A DNA stretch of 64,000 nucleotides from Phycisphaeraceae bacterium (GCA_963674705.1 OY771506.1:4096001-4160000), one strand, 5' to 3'. Positions 1 to 10,920 are shown, counted from the stretch's first letter. Notes: generated by a model from the sequence alone, not told the origin. Made by a program: numbers and translations.

Positions 1-78
1 TGACAGCCCCCGTAACGAACCTACGATAAGCCACTTAACCGACAGGACGGAACAAATCGGGACTGGAGACACCTACTG

Positions 79-480
79 ATGGCCGAAAAATCCTTCCGCT
101 GCACCGTAATCACCCCCAATAAGCAGGTATTGGATCAGGATGTCACATCCGCGGTGATCCCCGCCTGGGATGGCGAAATCGGTCTGCTCAAGTCCCGTGC
201 CCCGCTCATGGTCAAACTCGGCCACGGCACGATGCGTCTGGAAGGCACTTCCGGCGGCCCGGATCGGTTGTATGTCGGCGGCGGTTTCGCCCAGATGAAA
301 GGCGATCAACTTACGCTGCTGACAGATGAAGCCCAGGCTGTCAACGAAATCAACATCGAAGAAACCCAGGCCGCCCTGCGTGAAGCAGAGGCATTCAAGC
401 CACAGGACGCCGTCCAGTCTGAACGCCGTCAGCGCGACATCGAACGCGCCAAAGCCATGCTAAAAGCCGCAGGTAGCTAA
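79..480 (+). CDS. atpC: F1F0 ATP synthase epsilon subunit
   Basis: ITP...PAWDGEIGLL..RAP, GGFA motif and C-terminal helical hairpin typical of epsilon; GGAGA RBS upstream. Confidence 0.93.
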   Translation: MAEKSFRCTVITPNKQVLDQDVTSAVIPAWDGEIGLLKSRAPLMVKLGHGTMRLEGTSGGPDRLYVGGGFAQMKGDQLTLLTDEAQAVNEINIEETQAALREAEAFKPQDAVQSERRQRDIERAKAMLKAAGS

Positions 481-628
481 TCTATAAACATCCCAGCCCT
501 CCCACGGCGGAGGCGGCTTAAGCCGCCCGCGTCTTATCCCATACGCACAATTCTTCACGAACCCTGCACTTCCCCTGTTTGTCCAGCCCCGCCTACAATG
601 GAGCCGATAACTACTCGACAGGGGTTTT

Positions 629-2887
629 ATGCGCAGGACACTCCGCAAGCACATTCCGAGCATGTTTCACCGCAGGTTACTGCTGCTGGTAATCGCTGGC
701 ATGTTTGTGCTGATGGTGCTCGGTGCTCAATCTGTCCGCCTGTCCGTGGGTGCCGAGCATGAGCGTCGACGTGTCGCGGCCGAACAGGCCCTTCAGGAAT
801 CCCACCCGATCCCGACCATCCGCGGCCGGATACTCGACCGGTACGACCGCCCGTTGGCGATCGACGAACCCGGCTACGAGGTAGCCGTCCGGTATCGCAT
901 GATCAGCGGGGAATGGGTGTATCAGCAAGCCGAAGCCGCCGCCAAAGAAGCCGCCAAGGAACGCTGGAAAGAGCTGGACACGTACGATCAACAACAACTG
1001 ATCAGCGAGCAATTACCCCAGTTCGAGGCCCAGGCCCAGGAATTCTGGGACCTGCTGTCCGAGATCACCGGTGAACTGCCCGAAGAAATCGCCCGCCGCA
1101 AAGACGTCATCCGCCGACTCGTCCAACGCCGCATCGCCAGCCAGGCTTTACGCAATCAAAAAGAACGAGAAGAAGAGTTCGACGAAAAACTCACCTGGAG
1201 TGAAGCCAGGGAAAGGATCAAGGAAGAAACCTGGGCCCACTCGATCGTCACGAACATCAGCGACCGGACGCGCATCAATATCATGAACTTCATCGCCGGT
1301 TCTGATGAAGACCCGAGCCTGAAGGCATGGGCCGAGGTTGAAATCAGCCAGCCGCGCCAACGCGGTTATCCCAACGAAACCTTTACCGTCAGTGTCGATC
1401 GCTCAACCCTGCCTTCTCCATTACGTCACGAAACACCGCTGGATGTCACCGTCAGTGGTGTGGCACTCCACCACATCGGCCTGATGCGCAGCATCTGGGA
1501 ATCCGACAAGGACCTGGTCCGCTACAGCAAAGACAATCCCAAAGGCTACATGTTCTCCGGCGACCAGATAGGCCGATGGGGCATCGAAAAAGCCATGGAA
1601 GATCGCCTGCGCGGCACACGCGGCCGATTGACTACGCAACTGGATACAGGCGAAACCACACGTATCGAACCGATCCCCGGCAAAGACGTCCACCTTACAC
1701 TCGACATCCAACTGCAGGCGCAGATACAGGCTCTGATGTCGCCGCAGATCGGATTGATGACAGCCCAGCCGTATCAGAAGTACGAAGCGAAAACCAACCG
1801 CCAGCCCGGTTGGCACCTGAACGGTTCTGCCGTGGTGATGGATATCGATTCCGGCGAAATCATTGCAGCCGTCAGCATGCCCGCGATGCCGCTGAAGACG
1901 CTGCGTGAGGATTCGGAAGCCATCTTCGAAAACCACATTGACATGCCTTACCTGAACCGGATCGTTTCCCGGCCCTATCAGCCGGGTTCGACTGTCAAAC
2001 CGATCGTGCTGGCATCATCGGTAACGGCAGGTCGTGTGTCTCTCGGTGAGCAGATCACCTGCAATGGCTTCCTCGACCCCGGTCACCCGGATCGAATGCG
2101 ATGCTGGATCTACAAATCTGAATATCACCTGACGCATGGTCCGCTCTATGGCCACGAAGCCATCATGCATAGCTGCAACATCTACTTCTACACACTCGGC
2201 CGACGTATGGGTCTCTCACGGTTGAGCGAGTGGTACGGCAAGTTCGGGCTTGGTCGCATCACCGAGTGTGGCCTACCCGAAGAAGTTGCTGGCGATCTGC
2301 CAGATCCCAACAAACCCGCAGGTGAACAGGACGTCGCGGATGCAACCTTCATGGGCATCGGTCAAGGTCCGATCCGCTGGACACCCATCCAGGCAGCCAA
2401 TGCCTACGCCACACTCGCACGCGGTGGCATCTGGATGCCCCCGACCTTCATCAAGGATGAAGACCGCAACGAAACGCGTTTACGAACGGATATCCACCTG
2501 AATAAAGCCGGTGTGCGTGAAGCACTCCAGGGTTTGGAAGATGTGTTTAATCACAGCGACAGTACAAGCCGGTACCTGCGTGTGCCCGAAGGCCGTGAAC
2601 CCATCTTCAACGTCGAAGGCGTCAAGCTCTACGGCAAGACCGGCACAGCCGAAGGCGTCCCGCACCGCGTCGACACCAACGGCGATGACCGCATCACACG
2701 TGATGACAGGATCGTCAAATCCGGCGACCACGCGTGGGTTATCGCGCTGATTCAACCCGACAGTCAACCCAAGCCAACATATGTCGTTGTCGTCGTCGTT
2801 GAGTATGCCGGCAGCGGTTCGCAAGTCGCTGGGCCGATCGTGAATCAGATCGTGCACATCATGCAGCGGGAGGGCTATCTGAATTGA
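629..2887 (+). CDS. mrdA: Class B penicillin-binding protein (PBP2/MrdA-like)
   Basis: N-terminal TM, RGRILDR dimerisation motif, SxxK (GSTVK), SxN (SCN), KTG (KTGT); coupled to a SEDS gene. Confidence 0.85.
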   Translation: MRRTLRKHIPSMFHRRLLLLVIAGMFVLMVLGAQSVRLSVGAEHERRRVAAEQALQESHPIPTIRGRILDRYDRPLAIDEPGYEVAVRYRMISGEWVYQQAEAAAKEAAKERWKELDTYDQQQLISEQLPQFEAQAQEFWDLLSEITGELPEEIARRKDVIRRLVQRRIASQALRNQKEREEEFDEKLTWSEARERIKEETWAHSIVTNISDRTRINIMNFIAGSDEDPSLKAWAEVEISQPRQRGYPNETFTVSVDRSTLPSPLRHETPLDVTVSGVALHHIGLMRSIWESDKDLVRYSKDNPKGYMFSGDQIGRWGIEKAMEDRLRGTRGRLTTQLDTGETTRIEPIPGKDVHLTLDIQLQAQIQALMSPQIGLMTAQPYQKYEAKTNRQPGWHLNGSAVVMDIDSGEIIAAVSMPAMPLKTLREDSEAIFENHIDMPYLNRIVSRPYQPGSTVKPIVLASSVTAGRVSLGEQITCNGFLDPGHPDRMRCWIYKSEYHLTHGPLYGHEAIMHSCNIYFYTLGRRMGLSRLSEWYGKFGLGRITECGLPEEVAGDLPDPNKPAGEQDVADATFMGIGQGPIRWTPIQAANAYATLARGGIWMPPTFIKDEDRNETRLRTDIHLNKAGVREALQGLEDVFNHSDSTSRYLRVPEGREPIFNVEGVKLYGKTGTAEGVPHRVDTNGDDRITRDDRIVKSGDHAWVIALIQPDSQPKPTYVVVVVVEYAGSGSQVAGPIVNQIVHIMQREGYLN

Positions 2888-4089
2888 TCCCGCTATCGCA
2901 ACGAATGCAGATGCTGCTCAAACCGCACCCGGGCTGGTACGCCCTGTTCGCGGCGATCGCGCTGTCCTGCATCGGTGTGCTGGCCATCGACACCGCAGGA
3001 CAGGCCGCAAATGCTTCACAACAAGCCCGATTCTGGCTGCCCGTGGCGTTGATGGTTATGGCGGCATGTATCGCACCTCGGCCGCGTTGGATCGGCCACG
3101 CTTCGTATCCGTTATTCATTGCCGTGCTGTTCGTATTGATACTCATGGCATTGCCGTTCATGCCAAGATCTATTGTCCCGGTTCGCAACGGTGCTCGAGC
3201 ATGGATCAGCATTCACAACATCACGCTTCAGCCTTCTGAACTGATGAAGGTCCTGTTCGTTCTATCCATGGCCTGGTACCTGCGATACCGAAGCAGCTAC
3301 CGTACGCTCCGCGGCCTGCTCGTGCCGTTCTTTATCATGTTCATCCCTGTCGCACTGATCCTCAAACAACCAGACCTGGGCACGGCTCTGCTATTCGCCC
3401 CGACATTGTTTGTCATGCTCGTCGCTGCCGGCGCCAAACTCCGGCATCTAGGCCTGTTGCTTGGGCTTGTCATCGTGATGATCGTGGTCAATGTTGCGAT
3501 CGCGCTTTGGGCCCCGGATTCCATGCAGATCCTGCGTCCACACCAACGCCAACGCATTGTCTCCATGGTCAGCCTCGCGCAGGGCGATACACGTTACATC
3601 AAGAGCAGCGCCTATCAGCAGGACAAGGCGATGACACTCGTCAGCGCAGGCGGCATTACCGGCTACGGCGCGGAACGTTCCGAAACCATCGTCAAATTCA
3701 ACAAGATCCCGCACGTCCACAACGACATGATCTTCTCCGTCATCGCCAACCGGTGGGGGGTGTTGGGTGTCTTCGGCGTGCTCGGGCTCTACGGCATGCT
3801 CTGCGGCTCGTTCCTGTTGATCGCAGCTAAGAGCAAGGACCCGCTTGCGCAGTTATCGTGCGTCGGCTTCGCCGGCATGATTCTCACACAGGTCGTTATC
3901 AACATCGGCATGAACCTCGGGATACTGCCGATCACAGGCATCACGTTACCGTTCATCTCCTACGGCGGCTCCAGCCTCGTCGCCACCTTCATCATGGTGG
4001 GCCTGGCGATCAATTTTGCATCACGGAGACCCGCCATGCTCGCACGTCCGAGCTTCGAATTCGACAATCCGGACGCGATCTTTCAGTAA
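2884..4089 (+). CDS. rodA: SEDS family peptidoglycan polymerase RodA/FtsW
   Basis: NGARAW, QPSELMK, QPDLGT, HNDMIF, GITLPFISYGGSS motifs; overlaps the PBP stop codon. Confidence 0.88.
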   Translation: MIPLSQRMQMLLKPHPGWYALFAAIALSCIGVLAIDTAGQAANASQQARFWLPVALMVMAACIAPRPRWIGHASYPLFIAVLFVLILMALPFMPRSIVPVRNGARAWISIHNITLQPSELMKVLFVLSMAWYLRYRSSYRTLRGLLVPFFIMFIPVALILKQPDLGTALLFAPTLFVMLVAAGAKLRHLGLLLGLVIVMIVVNVAIALWAPDSMQILRPHQRQRIVSMVSLAQGDTRYIKSSAYQQDKAMTLVSAGGITGYGAERSETIVKFNKIPHVHNDMIFSVIANRWGVLGVFGVLGLYGMLCGSFLLIAAKSKDPLAQLSCVGFAGMILTQVVINIGMNLGILPITGITLPFISYGGSSLVATFIMVGLAINFASRRPAMLARPSFEFDNPDAIFQ

Positions 4090-4321
4090 TACATTTCTCG
4101 ATCTTGTTAACACCAAGACAAACTGGTGAATCCAGGTAACTTCATCACGAGGTTTCTGCCATCCATTCTCATTCTGTACGGATTTAGCAGTATTTCCACA
4201 TTGTTTTTATAGCCTGACGCACTACACTACGGACTCGTTGGTGTTATTACCTATAGCCCGTTTCGCCTGAGCATTTTTGAAACGGATCAATCATTCGTCA
4301 ATTAGTAAAGGAGGAGGGTAA

Positions 4322-5134
4322 ATGATTAAACAAGCCAAAATCTTGCTGCAATCCGTGTGCACGATGGCAGTCGGACTCGCGATGGCTACAACTGCAGCAG
4401 CCGACAGCATCAGCTTCAGTGCCGCGGAAGGCTACACCAGCGACTATATCAACGGTCAGCCTGGTTCCGGCAGTGTCTGGAGTTCCACCGCTAACGGTAG
4501 TTCCACAATCTTCCGTGTGTACCAGAGTTTTAGCGCACCTCACGTGGATCTGCTGGCTATTAGTCTGTCCGGAGAGCACGGTTCCAGCAGCGAACCGGTT
4601 ACACCCGACTATGCCACTAAGCGTATGGAGCCCGTTACCGGCACGTTCTCCGCCGGATTCAGCTTCAAGCTTAACAGTCAGGGCCAGTTGTATGACAACA
4701 CCAGCATCGCGCTCGGCCAATACGCCGATGCCGACTGGGGTCCGTACTTCGGCTTGAACAAAACCAATATCAAGTCGCTGGCGATCCACGACGGCACGGA
4801 TTGGGTTGAACTCGTTGCCGATCTTGATGTCAGTGATTGGTACAACGTCGAGATCGTCGGCAACGTGGCCGCCGGTACTTTCGACGTCCTGGTTTATCAC
4901 GAAGCGGACCGCAATGAGACTGACGCCGATCTCGGTCTGATCTATGAAGGCACCAATCTTGCGTTCCGTGATTCGCCCTCCGAACTGGCCTACGTCATGC
5001 TGACCAACGAAGGCTCCGGCCAGGATACCGGTGGATATTTTCACCACTACGATGACCTGTACCTCGTCCCCGCTCCGGCAACCTCCGTCCTGCTCACCCT
5101 GGCCGGGCCGATGATGCTGAGGCGCAAGCGCTAA
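4322..5134 (+). CDS. Secreted lectin/beta-sandwich-like protein with PEP-CTERM-like (VPAP) sorting signal
   Basis: AGGAGG RBS, signal peptide, C-terminal VPAPATSVLL...RRKR. Confidence 0.8.
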   Translation: MIKQAKILLQSVCTMAVGLAMATTAAADSISFSAAEGYTSDYINGQPGSGSVWSSTANGSSTIFRVYQSFSAPHVDLLAISLSGEHGSSSEPVTPDYATKRMEPVTGTFSAGFSFKLNSQGQLYDNTSIALGQYADADWGPYFGLNKTNIKSLAIHDGTDWVELVADLDVSDWYNVEIVGNVAAGTFDVLVYHEADRNETDADLGLIYEGTNLAFRDSPSELAYVMLTNEGSGQDTGGYFHHYDDLYLVPAPATSVLLTLAGPMMLRRKR

Positions 5135-5179
5135 CCCAGGATGCTGCAAGGTACCACTCAGCGATCCTGTCATCCTATA

Positions 5180-5214
5180 GAAACGCCCCGTCATTCCCCG
5201 CGGGGCGTTTTTTC
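5180..5214 (+). terminator. Intrinsic terminator
   Basis: aaacgccccg...cggggcgttt hairpin followed by a T run. Confidence 0.75.
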
Positions 5215-5252
5215 ATCCCTGACTCGCCGATTTTCGGTAAACTCCTCGCCCT

Positions 5253-7076
5253 ATGGCGACATTGCTTACTGCCCGTGACCTCTCCAAGACCTACGCGACC
5301 CACACGCTGTTCACCGGCGTGTCGCTGTCCCTTGCCGAGGGCGACCGGCTCGGGCTGATCGGGCCCAACGGCTCGGGCAAATCCACACTCCTGAAGATCC
5401 TGGCCGACATGGTCCAGCCGGACGAGGGCGTGATCACACGACGCAAGCAACTGCACGTCGCCTACGTCGATCAGGATGACCGCTTCCAACCTGACGCCAC
5501 GCCGCTCTCAACCGTGCTCCATGAACTCGGTGGCGACAAGCCCGGCCACGCACTCGACGTCGAAACGCGTGCTGCGATCTCGCTGAGCAAACTCGGATTT
5601 ACTGACATCGAGAAACCCGTCACCGAACACTCCGGCGGATGGCGTAAACGGCTGTCTATCGCCTGCGCCCTGGCTCATGAGCCGGACATTCTCATGCTCG
5701 ATGAGCCGACCAACCACTTGGACCTCGAAGGCGTGCTCTGGCTGGAAAGCTTTGTGCGCCAGGCGCCGATGGCGGTGGTCTTCATCACGCACGACCGCGT
5801 CTTCATCGAGCGTGTGGCCGATCGTGTTATCGAGTTGTCGCGCGCTTATCCGAACGGCCTCTTCGAGGTACGCGGCAACTACAGCGAGTTCGTCCGACGC
5901 AAGGACGAGTTCCTGAGCGCCCAGGCCAATCAGCAGATCGCGCTGGCGGGCAAGGTCCGCCGAGATACCGCCTGGCTTCGGCAGGGCATCCAAGGCAGGC
6001 AGACACGCAACAAGACCCAGGTCGCCGACGCCATCCGCAGACGAGATGAACTCCAAAACACCATCGACCGCAACAAGGCGCCCACACAAACCACCGCGAT
6101 CGAATTCCAGGCGACCGAACGCAAGTCCAACAAGCTCCTTACCGCGCACCACATCGCCAAATCCCTGGGCGGCAAGCAACTGTTCAAGCAGGTCGATATC
6201 AAACTCTCGCCCGGCATGCGGCTGGGTCTGCTCGGACCAAACGGCTCTGGTAAAACCACGCTCATGCGCCTGCTCGCCAACGATCTCGAACCCGACTCCG
6301 GCACGGTCAAACATGCACCGGGCCTGCGCATTGTCAACTTCACGCAACACCGCGAAGACCTTAATCCCACGCAGAGCCTGCGACATGCGCTTTGCCCGGT
6401 CGGCGATGCTGTGGAATACCGAGGCAAATCCGTCCACGTCGCCGGCTGGGCTCGCAAGTTCCTCTTCGATACCTCCAAGTTCAACGTCTCCGTGGGCGAT
6501 CTCTCCGGCGGCGAACAGGCACGCATCCTCATCGCAAACCTGATGCTCAAACCCGCGGACGTGCTCATGCTCGACGAGCCGACCAATGACCTGGATATCC
6601 CGTCGCTTGAGGTACTCGAACAAGCTCTCACCGAGTTCCCCGGCGCGATCGTCCTGGTCACACACGACCGGTTCATGCTCGACCGCCTCAGCACCGAACT
6701 GCTCGCCCTCGACGGCCAAGGCAACACCAAACGCTACCACGCCTACGCCCAATGGCAGGACGACCCCGCCCGCAAACAAGAACCCGCAAAACCCCAGAGC
6801 CAGCCGAAGCAAGACAAACCTATTGCCCAATCCCTGCCCCCCAATCCCAACTCCCCCAAGAAACTGACCTACAAACTCCAGCGCGAACTCGACCAGATGG
6901 AAGAATCCATCCTCAAAGCCGAAACCGAGCACGAGACGCTGCAAGCCCAGGCCGCTGACCCCGCCATCATCGCCGACCGCGAGAAACACGAAGCGGTCTG
7001 CCATCAACTCAGTGCCGCCCAACAAAAGATCGACCAACTCTACGCCCGCTGGCAGGAACTGGAAGCCATGCAGTAA
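5253..7076 (+). CDS. uup: ABC-F family ATPase (Uup-like)
   Basis: Two ABC domains (GPNGSGKS/T, LDEPTNHLD and LDEPTNDLD), C-terminal coiled coil ending YARWQELE. Confidence 0.88.
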   Translation: MATLLTARDLSKTYATHTLFTGVSLSLAEGDRLGLIGPNGSGKSTLLKILADMVQPDEGVITRRKQLHVAYVDQDDRFQPDATPLSTVLHELGGDKPGHALDVETRAAISLSKLGFTDIEKPVTEHSGGWRKRLSIACALAHEPDILMLDEPTNHLDLEGVLWLESFVRQAPMAVVFITHDRVFIERVADRVIELSRAYPNGLFEVRGNYSEFVRRKDEFLSAQANQQIALAGKVRRDTAWLRQGIQGRQTRNKTQVADAIRRRDELQNTIDRNKAPTQTTAIEFQATERKSNKLLTAHHIAKSLGGKQLFKQVDIKLSPGMRLGLLGPNGSGKTTLMRLLANDLEPDSGTVKHAPGLRIVNFTQHREDLNPTQSLRHALCPVGDAVEYRGKSVHVAGWARKFLFDTSKFNVSVGDLSGGEQARILIANLMLKPADVLMLDEPTNDLDIPSLEVLEQALTEFPGAIVLVTHDRFMLDRLSTELLALDGQGNTKRYHAYAQWQDDPARKQEPAKPQSQPKQDKPIAQSLPPNPNSPKKLTYKLQRELDQMEESILKAETEHETLQAQAADPAIIADREKHEAVCHQLSAAQQKIDQLYARWQELEAMQ

Positions 7077-7181
7077 GCCTGGCGTGTCCCTGCGGCCCGT
7101 GCGCAACTGCCCGCGTTGTGTCACAACGCGGCTATGAAAGAAAACCCCCGCCCGAACGATTTTGTAAGATATAGACCCAGC

Positions 7182-7255
7182 GCCCACGTAGCTCAGCTGG
7201 ATAGAGCAGCGGACTTCTAATCCGCAGGTCACAGGTTCGAATCCTGTCGTGGGTA
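7182..7255 (+). tRNA. tRNA-Arg(TCT); integration target (attL)
   Basis: GCCCACG/CGTGGGT acceptor stem, anticodon arm gcgga-ctTCTaa-tccgc, GGTTCGAATCC T arm. Confidence 0.96.
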
Positions 7256-7262
7256 CATTCGC

Positions 7263-7297
7263 AAAACCACCCTAGCTTTCAAGCGGGGTGGTTTTTT
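7263..7297 (+). terminator. Terminator after tRNA-Arg
   Basis: aaaaccaccc...gggtggtttttt. Confidence 0.7.
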
Positions 7298-7389
7298 GTT
7301 GATTTGATAGGGGTTTACGACTCATTGAGTCGAGAAATGTGTCCAAGTTGATGCCCGTTTAATTGCATTGAGTTGCATGCGTTTGTGTG

Positions 7390-7425
7390 CTTGTTGCCGG
7401 AGCTACTACCGGGGCTGTAACCGGG
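7390..7425 (+). repeat. Putative integrase arm-type sites, left arm (3 x 12 bp)
   Basis: cttgttgccgga / gctactaccggg / gctgtaaccggg in tandem, ~135 bp inside attL. Confidence 0.7.
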
Positions 7426-8255
7426 ATCCATAAGATTGAATTCTACGATTGTTGTTTACATCTTCTTGTGTTAACAATACTTGAATCTGCCATTGACCAC
7501 CACATAAATTGTTCCTCTGTCAATATGAGGGGGGAGAGATTTACAGATTTTTCTTGACCGCATCAGCATTGTGTTCTAAAATCGAACAGCCGCCGGTGTC
7601 TAGTACTGTACAGGGACACTGGAAAACAGTCGATGCCTTGTTTAATTCATCAAATGTCAATTATGAAAGGAGATTACTAGCCAAATAGATAAATATGTTG
7701 TCAGGCGTTATCCGTGATTGGCCGACTCGATTTTGCACCCTTAGTTAATTTTCATGAATTCTCCCAGCCATCGCGGTTTTTCCAAGCCACAGTAATGATT
7801 CAAAGTATTAGCGTAAGTGTTTTAGAGTGCATACCGGGTGCGTATGCTCCTAGTTTAAAACTTGTGTTTGTAGAACAGTTAGGAATTATGTGGAGTGGCA
7901 AGTAGACTGTTTTTGTTTGATGTGGGCGTCCGCATGCACGGCACCGAACTCGGCTGATAATCCTAATTCTTGTATGAGGTGAATTTAAACCATAATTCGG
8001 CAATATTGCTATCCGAGTATTTCACTGAGATTCATACGTATATCTTCCGAAAGATCCTCGATAGATGCGGTTTGATGCGTATGAACAGTTATGTGTCCAA
8101 TCAGAAAGGAGGTATTACAGCTCGGATTTATCTAACACGGAGTGGTTCACCGATTATTCATCTCCAATCCGGAGTTTTGATGATCAGTGCGATTCGTCAG
8201 GGTGATTCAAGCATCATTCAATTAGGATAATAAAATGATGAATAACACTCTGTCC

Positions 8256-8385
8256 GCATGGCACCTCAGCGGAGTTTCGGCAGGCTCAAGTCAACGAGCA
8301 CTGCCGAAACCATGCACGCCATTTGGCGGGGCGGTGTTCGATAGTTGTACTTGAGCCGTTAGCCGCAACTATCGATGAGCACCGT
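8256..8385 (+). ncRNA. Candidate structured leader/antisense-type RNA
   Basis: Stems 8274-8283/8301-8310 and 8331-8347/8366-8385; alternative pairing 8283-8295 with 8344-8357. Confidence 0.5.
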
Positions 8386-8659
8386 TACTATGAACAATAT
8401 TATAGATCGTATAAATTTGGCTATTTGTGACATAGATAAAGTCTTGGTTAACCTTGACGAGGGTCTAGAAAAACAAACAATAATGAACCGTAGACACAAT
8501 CTGGTACGTTGCCGTGACAGATGTATCAAGGCGAAAGAATTGGTGCATAATATTGATAATTGTGATGTTCAATTTTCTACGTTGGGTCAAATGTATCGTG
8601 AAATCGCAGAACATTACGACAATGCGTATGCTTCATTAATCGCTTCGATGGAAATCTAG
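8375..8659 (+). CDS. Hypothetical helical protein (start may be 8390)
   Basis: 94-aa ORF co-oriented with the downstream HTH gene. Confidence 0.55.
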   Translation: MSTVTMNNIIDRINLAICDIDKVLVNLDEGLEKQTIMNRRHNLVRCRDRCIKAKELVHNIDNCDVQFSTLGQMYREIAEHYDNAYASLIASMEI

Positions 8660-8676
8660 GGTTCAATGGAAAGCTA

Positions 8677-8979
8677 ATGTGTCAAATGTGTGATGATCAA
8701 ATGGCAAAACTCGGTGTGCATTTGAGAAATAGAAGATGTCAGCTGGGTTTAAGCCAGGATGAGCTTTCGAAGCGCATCCAAAAACCGCGTACTGCTATCA
8801 GTAAAATTGAACAGGGACAGCAACGTATTAGTGTGGATGATTTTATTTCTTACTGTAAGGTATTAGATATATCGGCGCATACGGTACTAATTAATGTTCA
8901 ATTAGAAGCGATGTCATCCAAGTCAAACGAAGCGAAAGTTTTGAGAACTATTCGCAGACTTGCTGAAGAACTTGGTTAG
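8677..8979 (+). CDS. Xre-family HTH regulator
   Basis: LRNRR..LGLSQDELS...RTAISKIEQG. Confidence 0.85.
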   Translation: MCQMCDDQMAKLGVHLRNRRCQLGLSQDELSKRIQKPRTAISKIEQGQQRISVDDFISYCKVLDISAHTVLINVQLEAMSSKSNEAKVLRTIRRLAEELG

Positions 8980-9020
8980 ACGTTGCCCATGTGATGACTA
9001 GTTATGATGATAGAATGCAC

Positions 9021-9052
9021 AATACCCACTGAGCCTATGTTCAGTGGGTATT
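9021..9052. terminator. Bidirectional hairpin terminator between convergent HTH and integrase genes
   Basis: aatacccactga-N8-tcagtgggtatt perfect inverted repeat. Confidence 0.65.
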
Positions 9053-9088
9053 GTATATAGATTTAATACTCGATAATCATCTGATCAT

Positions 9089-10402
9089 TCAAGCATAAGA
9101 TAAAGATCGTGCCTGCTCAAGGTCAATTCCATTACTCCCAGTTGCCAATCTGGGTAGAGATTCTACTGCTCTCCGCGTTTGATCAAGATTCATGCGGTGG
9201 TAATGCTTCTGCAAGATGTCGGTACTACGGTGGCCTGTGATGCGAGTGGCCAAACTCGCTGACACGCCTGCTTGGTCCAGCCAGGTCGAACAAGTTGTCC
9301 GAAGTGCGTGAAAGTCAATGACTCGACCATCCCCATCCACATCAGCGAGAAAGTCCGACTCAGCACGCTTCGCTCGAATCTCCGAAGTTTCACCTTCATC
9401 TATCCATGCCTTCCGTGCTGCCGCCAAGTCCGTCCGAAGCATCTTTGCTGTCTCATAATCCTTCGGCATATTGAAAGCTGATGCGGCGAGTAGTTTTCCC
9501 ACGAATAGTCTGGCGAGTAGTTTTGCTGTCTCAGCCCTTATGGGTATGACGAGTTTCCGAGAGTTCTTGGTGTTGGCCTTGGCTTTGACCGTCACCGTGG
9601 GTAACTCCGACAGATCGAAGTCAATTACCTTAAGCCGCTCGATTGCACCACGCCGCAGCGCTGTTTCTAATGTCAACCTATAGAGCAGGGCACGCTCGAA
9701 ACCTGACATCTCCCAACGGATGTGCTCTGATGGTAGGTCCTGGCCACGGCTAACGAGCCACCTCCCAGTATTCGTCAACCCGCGTTGTGCTGGGCCGGCT
9801 TCGGCAGCCTCAATAAGGCGGGCTGCTTCTTCTGGGGTCAAGGCTCTCCGATATTCAGTCTCTACAACTGATAGACGTTCGACATAGGCGATTGGGTTAT
9901 GTGGGAGGCGACGCATCTTAGTCAGCCAGTTGGCAAAGGCCTTGATCGCAGTGAGATAATCATTTCGTGTCTGAGGGCTCAGGTTGTACTCATCTTTGAT
10001 TTCCCCCAAAGCTCGCTCAATAGTAGGAGGACGTAAGTCAGAAATGGTCGCGAGTTTGCCCACCTTGATGATTCTTTCTATGCGAACGACAAAGGTTTCG
10101 GCATGGCCAACGCTGCATCTACATCGCAAATGGCTGGCATATTCTTTGAAGTGATCATTAATCGGGCGTTTCCCCTCAGCCGCAAAGGCATCGAGTTCCG
10201 GATCAATTACACCTTCACGGCGAAGTGCTTCATCGGCAACAAATTTGGCTAGAATTCGCTCCGCAGTTCGTTTGTCCTTAGTCCGCGTTGACTTCTCTCG
10301 TCGTTTACCTCGATGGTCGTGCCATTGGGCGATCCAGGAACCGGTTCCCTGTCTACGATATATGCTTCCTTGTCCATTTCCTCGCTGTCGTTTTTTTGCC
10401 AT
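9089..10402 (-). CDS. Tyrosine recombinase/integrase
   Basis: N-terminal arm-binding RGNGQGSIY; catalytic R (TALRRG), HxxR (FHALR), GH and Y (KHYH); strong RBS. Confidence 0.93.
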   Translation of the reverse strand: MAKKRQRGNGQGSIYRRQGTGSWIAQWHDHRGKRREKSTRTKDKRTAERILAKFVADEALRREGVIDPELDAFAAEGKRPINDHFKEYASHLRCRCSVGHAETFVVRIERIIKVGKLATISDLRPPTIERALGEIKDEYNLSPQTRNDYLTAIKAFANWLTKMRRLPHNPIAYVERLSVVETEYRRALTPEEAARLIEAAEAGPAQRGLTNTGRWLVSRGQDLPSEHIRWEMSGFERALLYRLTLETALRRGAIERLKVIDFDLSELPTVTVKAKANTKNSRKLVIPIRAETAKLLARLFVGKLLAASAFNMPKDYETAKMLRTDLAAARKAWIDEGETSEIRAKRAESDFLADVDGDGRVIDFHALRTTCSTWLDQAGVSASLATRITGHRSTDILQKHYHRMNLDQTRRAVESLPRLATGSNGIDLEQARSLSYA

Positions 10403-10553
10403 CTATTCTCCTTTCATTTCTTATGTTAGGGTCGTGTTCGTATATTATTGTAGATATATTGCTATGGATATAAACCAAATAATGTCCTAATTATTTAAAT
10501 TCAGATGGTTTATTGTGTTGGCGAGAACTGAAATATTTTGTTAACGTAAAGAA

Positions 10554-10896
10554 ATGAGCGACCGGGAAGATACTGAATATCCGCCGAAGCGGGTACTAGA
10601 TTACAGGCAATACATACGGCAAGTTGATTTCAGAGAGAACATTTCAAATTATGTTGGCTGGGTGTTCATTATCCTTGCCACAGCGTTACCTTTATGGTTT
10701 GTTTACTTAAGTGTTGACGCAATTGCTGGTAAAGAAACGACTTTTGACGTTAAGATCGGAGCTGCGTTTGGGTTTTACTGTTGGAGGCTCGGGATTTACC
10801 GCATTGATAGCTTGGTTCAAAAACCGAAGTCAGAAACGAGAATTGAAACGACTACGTATAAGATGTACTGATTTGGAAAAAAAACTTGGGCTATAA
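10554..10896 (+). pseudogene. Two-TM membrane protein split by a +1 frameshift near 10767-10776 (or sequencing error)
   Basis: Frame 1 ...KIGAAF continues naturally in frame 2 as GFTVGGSGFTALIAWFKNRSQKRELKRLR... across tttgggtttt. Confidence 0.55.
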
Positions 10897-10920
10897 TATT
10901 AGTGGAAGGGGGCGATCAAT

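Noticed and set aside
5508..7232. 574-aa minus-strand ORF, and similar long antisense ORFs (4298-5194, 29104-30060, 60802-61911)
   Set aside because: Shadows of well-supported genes on the opposite strand in high-GC DNA; no motifs
7714..8230. Short ORFs in the AT-rich left end of the element
   Set aside because: No convincing starts or recognisable motifs; possibly decayed sequence
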